From positions 1-56,872 of the forward strand of contig CAYTTS010000002.1 of the NCBI GenBank assembly GCA_964440875.1: a stretch of DNA of 56,872 bases. Direction: 5' to 3'. Under the pieces are notes generated by a model that saw only the letters and a program-made list of their open reading frames with translations, was not told where the DNA came from and ran no database searches. Both the position numbers and the translations under genes were made by a program. Shown one piece after another: positions 51,632 to 56,872 of the stretch; the first letter of the stretch is position 1, and the number at the start of each line of letters is the position of its first letter. Source of the stretch: an uncultured Erysipelothrix sp. Lineage in GTDB: Bacteria; Bacillota_I; Bacilli_A; Erysipelotrichales; Erysipelotrichaceae.

Positions 51632-53290
51632 ATGTCACTTATATTAGAACAGGCCCGAGCAGTTGGCTTTGACTTATTAGTCGTAGTAGCTGGACTTGGC
51701 TTATTTTTATTCGGGATTAATGCAATAGGGGATGAACTTAAAGTTATTGCAGGTTCGCGATTAAAAACAATTATAGATAAATATACAACGAATCGATTTA
51801 AAGGGTTTCTAGTTGGTATTGTTGTTACTGCACTTGTACAATCAAGTTCTGCAACGACTGCCTTAGTTATTAGTTTAATTAGATCAGGTTTAATGACCTT
51901 TTCACAGTCGCTTGCTGTAATGATGGGTGCCAATATTGGTACAACAATTACTGCTATTATGATAGGATTCAACCTTAGTGCAATCGCACCTTATGCAATC
52001 TTAGTTGGAGCATTTGTTGAACTATTTGCTAAAGATAAGAAAACAGTTAGTTATGCTAGGTTAATGATTTACTTTGGTATCTTATTCTTTGGTTTAGATT
52101 TAATGGGAGATGGTTTAAAAGTATTATCAGATATGCCTATCTTCTCAGACTTTGCTGTAATACTTTCAGACAATGCTATTTATGGGGTACTGTTAGGAAC
52201 TGGTATGACTATGATTATTCAATCTTCGTCTGCTACAATTGGTATTTTACAAACACTATACGCTCAAGGTGCATTAAGTTTAACGGCATCACTACCAATC
52301 TTATTAGGTAATAATATTGGTACAACAGTAACAGCTGTTTTAGCATCTATTGGTGGTGGAGTTGAGTCTAAAAAAACTTCATTGTTCCATATTTTAATTA
52401 ACGTATTTGGAACAGTTGTATTTTTATTAATCCTACCTTTATATACAAATGTAGTTTTATTTATCTCAAATTCATTTGAGATGAATAAGATGATGGAAAT
52501 CGCTGTTGCTCACTTTATTTTTAACTTTGTTACTTCATTAATATTATTCCCATTCTTAGGATTAATTGAAGACTTCTTAAATAAAGTAGATAAATCTGAT
52601 GAAACAGAAAAGAAAGAAATTTCAGTTCAAACAATTTTCGAAAAATCTATTATTTCTGAGTCACCAGTTTTAGCATTAGAGATCGCTCACAATGGTACTA
52701 CTGAAATGGCACTATACTGTAATCGAATCTTTGATAATACAAAAGCATATATTATTAGTAAAGATCAAGCTGATTATGATAAGGCTAATGAGTATGAGGA
52801 TTTAGTAAATCAATTGAACCGTAGTCTATCTGAGTACTTAGTAGATATTAGTGCAAGTATCTTAGATGATGAAAATGGTCATTACTTAAATTATTTAATT
52901 TACTCTGTTAAAGATATTGAACGTATTGGTGATCACTTAATGAACGTTAATAACCACTTTACTTCAATCTTTGAACATGAAGAGTATTTAAGTGAAGAGG
53001 GATTAGAAGAAATAACAAACTTAATGCGCGTTATTGAAACTTTACTTCAAGATTTACATGCTGTAATTAAAGATCCAAATAGATATCTTGTAGATAGAAT
53101 ATATGGTTTGGAAGAAGATGTTAACCAGATAGAATTAGCTGCAAGAAACGACTTTGTAAATAGATTAAAAGCTCGTATTCCAATGGGATCAATGTCAATG
53201 GCACTTTATGTAGACATCTTAAGTGACTTTGAACGTATTGGAGATTATGCTGAAAATATCGCTAATCGTATCCAAGATATGGTCTTATAA
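51632..53290 (+). CDS. Na+/phosphate cotransporter (NptA/YjbB type) with a C-terminal PhoU-like domain
   Basis: Duplicated QSSSAT motifs (VQSSSATTALV and IQSSSATIGIL). C-terminal PhoU-type repeats DIERIGDH and DFERIGDY. SD AGGAGG. Confidence 0.92.
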   Translation: MSLILEQARAVGFDLLVVVAGLGLFLFGINAIGDELKVIAGSRLKTIIDKYTTNRFKGFLVGIVVTALVQSSSATTALVISLIRSGLMTFSQSLAVMMGANIGTTITAIMIGFNLSAIAPYAILVGAFVELFAKDKKTVSYARLMIYFGILFFGLDLMGDGLKVLSDMPIFSDFAVILSDNAIYGVLLGTGMTMIIQSSSATIGILQTLYAQGALSLTASLPILLGNNIGTTVTAVLASIGGGVESKKTSLFHILINVFGTVVFLLILPLYTNVVLFISNSFEMNKMMEIAVAHFIFNFVTSLILFPFLGLIEDFLNKVDKSDETEKKEISVQTIFEKSIISESPVLALEIAHNGTTEMALYCNRIFDNTKAYIISKDQADYDKANEYEDLVNQLNRSLSEYLVDISASILDDENGHYLNYLIYSVKDIERIGDHLMNVNNHFTSIFEHEEYLSEEGLEEITNLMRVIETLLQDLHAVIKDPNRYLVDRIYGLEEDVNQIELAARNDFVNRLKARIPMGSMSMALYVDILSDFERIGDYAENIANRIQDMVL

Positions 53291-53300
53291 GTAAAATTAG

Positions 53301-53337
53301 AGTTAATTGTTGATTTTTATTGACAATTAACTTTTTC
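53301..53337 (+). terminator. Terminator after the Na/Pi gene
   Basis: AGTTAATTGT (53301-53310) pairs with ACAATTAACT (53323-53332), followed by TTTTT. Confidence 0.75.
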
Positions 53338-53348
53338 TTTACTAAAAT
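53320..53348 (+). promoter_or_regulatory. sigmaA promoter of gmk embedded in the preceding terminator
   Basis: TTGACA (53320-53325), 17 nt, TAAAAT (53343-53348). Confidence 0.55.
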
Positions 53349-53366
53349 ATCTAAAAGGAGAATTAG

Positions 53367-53942
53367 ATGAAAAAGGGATTATTAATTATATATAGCGGAC
53401 CATCTGGAGTTGGTAAAGGAACAGTTAGAGATTACTTCATTGATGACCCACAATTAAATCTAGTTTACTCAATATCTATGACAACACGAAAACCTCGTGA
53501 AGGAGAGAAAGATAATGTGGATTATTTCTTCGTAAGTCAAGAAGAGTTTGATAAAGCTATTGCTAATGATGAATTACTGGAATACGCAACATTTGTAGGA
53601 AATAGTTACGGTACTCCAAAAAAATACGTTGAAGAAATGCGAAATAAAGGTTATAACGTTATCCTTGAGATTGAAGTTGAAGGTGCAAAACAGATTATGA
53701 AGAATACAGATGATTACTTATCAATATTCTTATTGCCACCAAATTTAGATGAACTTGAAAAACGTATTAGAAATCGTCGCACTGAAGAAGAGACTGTTAT
53801 TCAAAAACGTCTTAATAAAGCAGCGGGGGAACTTGAAGTTCAAAAAGACTATCATTACACTGTTTGTAATAGCAAACCTAAAGAGGCAGCTATTGAAATC
53901 AGTAGAATTATAAAAGAGAATATAGATAAGTTGCCTAAATAG
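53367..53942 (+). CDS. gmk: Guanylate kinase
   Basis: P-loop GPSGVGKGT, TTRKPREGE and YGT motifs. Confidence 0.96.
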   Translation: MKKGLLIIYSGPSGVGKGTVRDYFIDDPQLNLVYSISMTTRKPREGEKDNVDYFFVSQEEFDKAIANDELLEYATFVGNSYGTPKKYVEEMRNKGYNVILEIEVEGAKQIMKNTDDYLSIFLLPPNLDELEKRIRNRRTEEETVIQKRLNKAAGELEVQKDYHYTVCNSKPKEAAIEISRIIKENIDKLPK

Positions 53943-53965
53943 GTAAATAATGTTATTATTTAAAA

Positions 53966-54172
53966 AACGATGAATGGATTAATTTTAGTAATCATTTTAA
54001 GAGAGTCTTTGTTTGGTGCGAAAAGATAAATGATCTAAAAGTGTCACCCATGAGTGTTTTATTGAAATTAGTAGATAAAAACGTTAATCAGCGTTAATGA
54101 TTTTAAGAGAATGCTTTTTTGCATTAATTAAGGTGGTAACGCGTTATTGACGTCCTTAGGGGACGTTTTTTT
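53966..54172 (+). promoter_or_regulatory. T-box riboswitch leader, Val (GUC specifier at 54043-54045)
   Basis: TGtTATTAT extended -10 at 53951-53959. AGAGAG box. GTC-A specifier aligned with the other two leaders. T-box AAGGTGGTAACGCG at 54130-54143. Terminator ACGTCC-TTAG-GGACGT plus a T7 run. Confidence 0.9.
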
Positions 54173-54186
54173 ATTGGAGGAAGAGT

Positions 54187-56799
54187 ATGAGAGAATTAGA
54201 TAGTAAATATAATTTTAAAAAGATTGAAGAAGGAAGATATGAAAAGTGGAGAGATGCAGGATATTTTGAAGCTGAAGGTAAAGTGAGTGAGAAACAAGCA
54301 TTTAGTGTTATGATTCCACCACCAAACGTAACAGGAATTCTTCACTTAGGTCATGCGTGGGATAATACCCTTCAAGATATTCTAACGAGATATAAACGTA
54401 TGAATAATTTTGATGCGCTATTTTTACCAGGTATGGACCATGCAGGTATAGCAACTCAAGCGGTTGTAGTTGATCGTCTTAGAAAAGCAGGGATCTCACA
54501 TTATGAACTTGGAAGAGAAGAATTTAATAAACGTGCTTTTGAATGGAAAGATGAGTATGCTGCAATTATTCGTGAACAGTGGACAAGTCTTGGTCTTTCA
54601 TTAGATTACTCTCGTGAAAGATTTACGCTAGATGAACATTTTAGTGAGGCTGTTAAAACTGTATTTGTTAAATTATATGAAGAAGGCTTACTATACCGTG
54701 GTGAGCGAATTATTAACTGGGATGTTGAAGCACAAACAGCTTTATCAAATATTGAAGTTGAACATAAAGATGTTGCTGGAAAGATGTATACATTTAAATA
54801 CCGTTTTGAAAATAGTGATAAGTACTTAGAAGTTTCGACAACAAGACCAGAAACTATGTTTGGAGACGTTTGTATCGTTGTTAATCCAGAAGACGAAAGA
54901 TATACTGATGTAATTGGAAAAAGTGTTATCAACCCTGCAAATGGTGATTTAATACCAATAATAGCTGATGAGTATGTTGAACTTGATTTTGGAACAGGAG
55001 CAATGAAATGTACACCTGCACATGATCCTAATGACTTTGAAATAGGAGAACGTCATAACTTAGAATTAATTAATTGTATGAACAAAGACGGTTCGATGAA
55101 TGAGCTAGCGAATCAATTTGCAGGCTTAGATCGTTTTGAAGCTAGAAAGCAATTAGTTGCATATTTAGAAGAAAATGATAATGTAGTAAAAATTGAGGAA
55201 CACTTACATCAAGTAGGACACTCTGAGCGTACTGGTGTCATTGTAGAACCATACTTATCAAAACAATGGTTTGTTAAGATGAAACCTTTAGCTGCAGAAG
55301 TTCTTGAAGATCAAAAAAATCCAGAAACTAAGTTAAATTTCTATCCACAAAGATTTGAAAACACATTACATAATTGGTTAGATAATATCGAAGACTGGAC
55401 AATCTCTAGACAAATTTGGTGGGGTCACTCAATTCCAGCATACTATCACAATGAAACAGGTGAAGTATACGTTGGTATGAATCCTCCAAGTGATATTGAA
55501 AACTATACTCAGGATCCAGATGTATTAGATACTTGGTTCTCAAGTGCTTTATGGCCATTTGCAACACTAGGTTGGCCTGAAGAAACTGATGATTTAGAAA
55601 GATATTTCCCAAATGGTGCCTTAGTAACAGGATATGACATTATATTCTTCTGGGTAGCACGTATGGCATTTATGTCAAAATACTTAATGGGAGAAAGACC
55701 ATTTAAAGATGTCGTTATCCACGGATTAATTCGTGATAAAGATGGTGTTAAAATGAGTAAATCTTTAGGTAATGGTGTTGATCCAATGGATGTTATTGAT
55801 GAATTTGGAATTGATGCTTTAAGATTCTTCTTAGCAACAAACTCAACTCCAGGTCAAGATATTAGATATAATTCAACAAAAGTAAATGCTGCAAGTAATT
55901 TTATTAATAAATTATATAATGCATCAAGATTTGTTATGATGAATATTAAAGATCTTGACATTACTGAAGCTGCAAATGAAGATTACACAGCAGCTGATTT
56001 CTGGATTATGAATAAATTCAATAAAGCTATTGATGAGATCAATGTAAATATGGAAAAATATGAATATGCAATTGCTGGTAACTTAATGTATCACTTTGTA
56101 TGGGATGATTTCTGTGACTACTATATTGAACTTTCAAAAGCAGGTCTTAAATCAGATGATCCAAAAGTAAAAAATGCGACAGCATATACACTAAAAACTA
56201 TCTTAGAAAATATTTTAGCAATGTTACATCCATTTATGCCTTATGTTACGGATGAAATATACGATGCTCTAACAGGTGATAGTATTTATAAACTGTCATG
56301 GCCAGAAAAATTTGCTGATGTTAATTCTTTAGAAGTTAGTAAACTTGAAGCTATGAGAGAAGTAATTAGAGCAATTAGAGAGATTAGAGTTGAGTATGAC
56401 TTAAAGCCTTCATTAGATTTATCGGTACTACTAAAAGATTTCGATGATAATGTAATTACATATAACGCTTTGGAAAAAGAAATGTTATATTTATTAGCTA
56501 GAATTAATATGGTAGATAGTTTAGATGGAGAACTATTATCACGAGTTTATAGTAAAGGAAGTTTAAATTTAGCTATAAGTGATATAGTTGACTATGAGGC
56601 AGAACTTGAGAAACTACAAAAAGAAGAAGCTCGTTTAAATAATGAAATTAAACGATCAACTGGTATGTTATCAAATGAAAACTTCACATCTAAAGCTCCA
56701 AAAGCTAAAGTAGAAGCAGAAGAAGCTAAGCTTGAAGCATATAAAACACAACTAAAAAATGTTTTAGAAACATTAGAAACTGTTAAAACAAAAATCTAA
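54187..56799 (+). CDS. valS: Valine--tRNA ligase
   Basis: HIGH-type GILHLGHAW, KMSKS (VKMSKSLGN), CP1 editing domain and a C-terminal coiled coil. SD GGAGG. Confidence 0.97.
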   Translation: MRELDSKYNFKKIEEGRYEKWRDAGYFEAEGKVSEKQAFSVMIPPPNVTGILHLGHAWDNTLQDILTRYKRMNNFDALFLPGMDHAGIATQAVVVDRLRKAGISHYELGREEFNKRAFEWKDEYAAIIREQWTSLGLSLDYSRERFTLDEHFSEAVKTVFVKLYEEGLLYRGERIINWDVEAQTALSNIEVEHKDVAGKMYTFKYRFENSDKYLEVSTTRPETMFGDVCIVVNPEDERYTDVIGKSVINPANGDLIPIIADEYVELDFGTGAMKCTPAHDPNDFEIGERHNLELINCMNKDGSMNELANQFAGLDRFEARKQLVAYLEENDNVVKIEEHLHQVGHSERTGVIVEPYLSKQWFVKMKPLAAEVLEDQKNPETKLNFYPQRFENTLHNWLDNIEDWTISRQIWWGHSIPAYYHNETGEVYVGMNPPSDIENYTQDPDVLDTWFSSALWPFATLGWPEETDDLERYFPNGALVTGYDIIFFWVARMAFMSKYLMGERPFKDVVIHGLIRDKDGVKMSKSLGNGVDPMDVIDEFGIDALRFFLATNSTPGQDIRYNSTKVNAASNFINKLYNASRFVMMNIKDLDITEAANEDYTAADFWIMNKFNKAIDEINVNMEKYEYAIAGNLMYHFVWDDFCDYYIELSKAGLKSDDPKVKNATAYTLKTILENILAMLHPFMPYVTDEIYDALTGDSIYKLSWPEKFADVNSLEVSKLEAMREVIRAIREIRVEYDLKPSLDLSVLLKDFDDNVITYNALEKEMLYLLARINMVDSLDGELLSRVYSKGSLNLAISDIVDYEAELEKLQKEEARLNNEIKRSTGMLSNENFTSKAPKAKVEAEEAKLEAYKTQLKNVLETLETVKTKI

Positions 56800-56805
56800 A
56801 AAATT

Positions 56806-56825
56806 AGCCTAATATTAAAGGCTTT
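56806..56825 (+). terminator. Weak putative terminator after valS
   Basis: AGCCT / AGGCT 5-bp stem with an 8-nt loop and a short T run. Confidence 0.35.
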
Positions 56826-56872
56826 CCAAAATAAGTTGGGGTAGCCAATAAAATCAATACAAGATAATGTGG

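Noticed and set aside
1-56872. Window-wide look for tRNA/rRNA genes, CRISPR repeats, IS/transposase or integrase genes, long direct or inverted repeats, and DnaA-box clusters.
   Set aside because: None found by eye. All intergenic spaces longer than 100 nt are accounted for by promoters, T-box leaders or terminators. The one TTATCCAC match is an isolated hit inside valS. A visual scan cannot exclude divergent short repeats.

Overview
Low-GC (about 30%) Bacillota-type chromosomal core, standard genetic code (TGA is a stop; peptidoglycan genes are present). The window is densely packed with about 57 housekeeping CDS, and gene order matches Bacillus subtilis blocks:
- pheST
- yceD-rpmF
- a short dcw cluster: mraZ-rsmH-ftsL-pbp2B-mraY-murD
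- comN-recJ
- yqeG-yqeH-yhbY-nadD/yqeK-rsfS-yqeM
- rdgB, trmL, rmuC, trpS
- spx-mnmA-recD2
- alaS-ireB-ruvX-DUF1292-mltG-udk-greA
- rqcH, gmk, valS

Cis-regulatory RNA/DNA I can read directly:
- three T-box leaders, with specifiers Phe UUC, Ala GCU and Val GUC
- four phased AGTGG MraZ-type boxes at the dcw promoter
- several consensus sigmaA promoters
- many Rho-independent terminators

I found no rRNA, tRNA, CRISPR array, IS/transposon, prophage or recognisable defence island.

No convincing novel multi-gene system is visible. The best second-look candidates are:
1. an unclassified structured leader with competing terminator pairings upstream of a CDF exporter-queT operon
2. a Pho-box-like array of four phased TGTAAA repeats plus a palindrome upstream of a Na/Pi-PhoU gene
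3. a translationally coupled GT4 glycosyltransferase and NYN-LOTUS gene pair
4. a uORF-containing leader on a CNNM/CorC gene
5. similar acidic Cys-rich C-terminal tails on RidA and Spx
6. a nadD-yqeK fusion lacking the usual PPHK motif

Two small genes missed by the ORF track are added: rpmF and a 53-aa membrane peptide. Several ORF-track starts are corrected.
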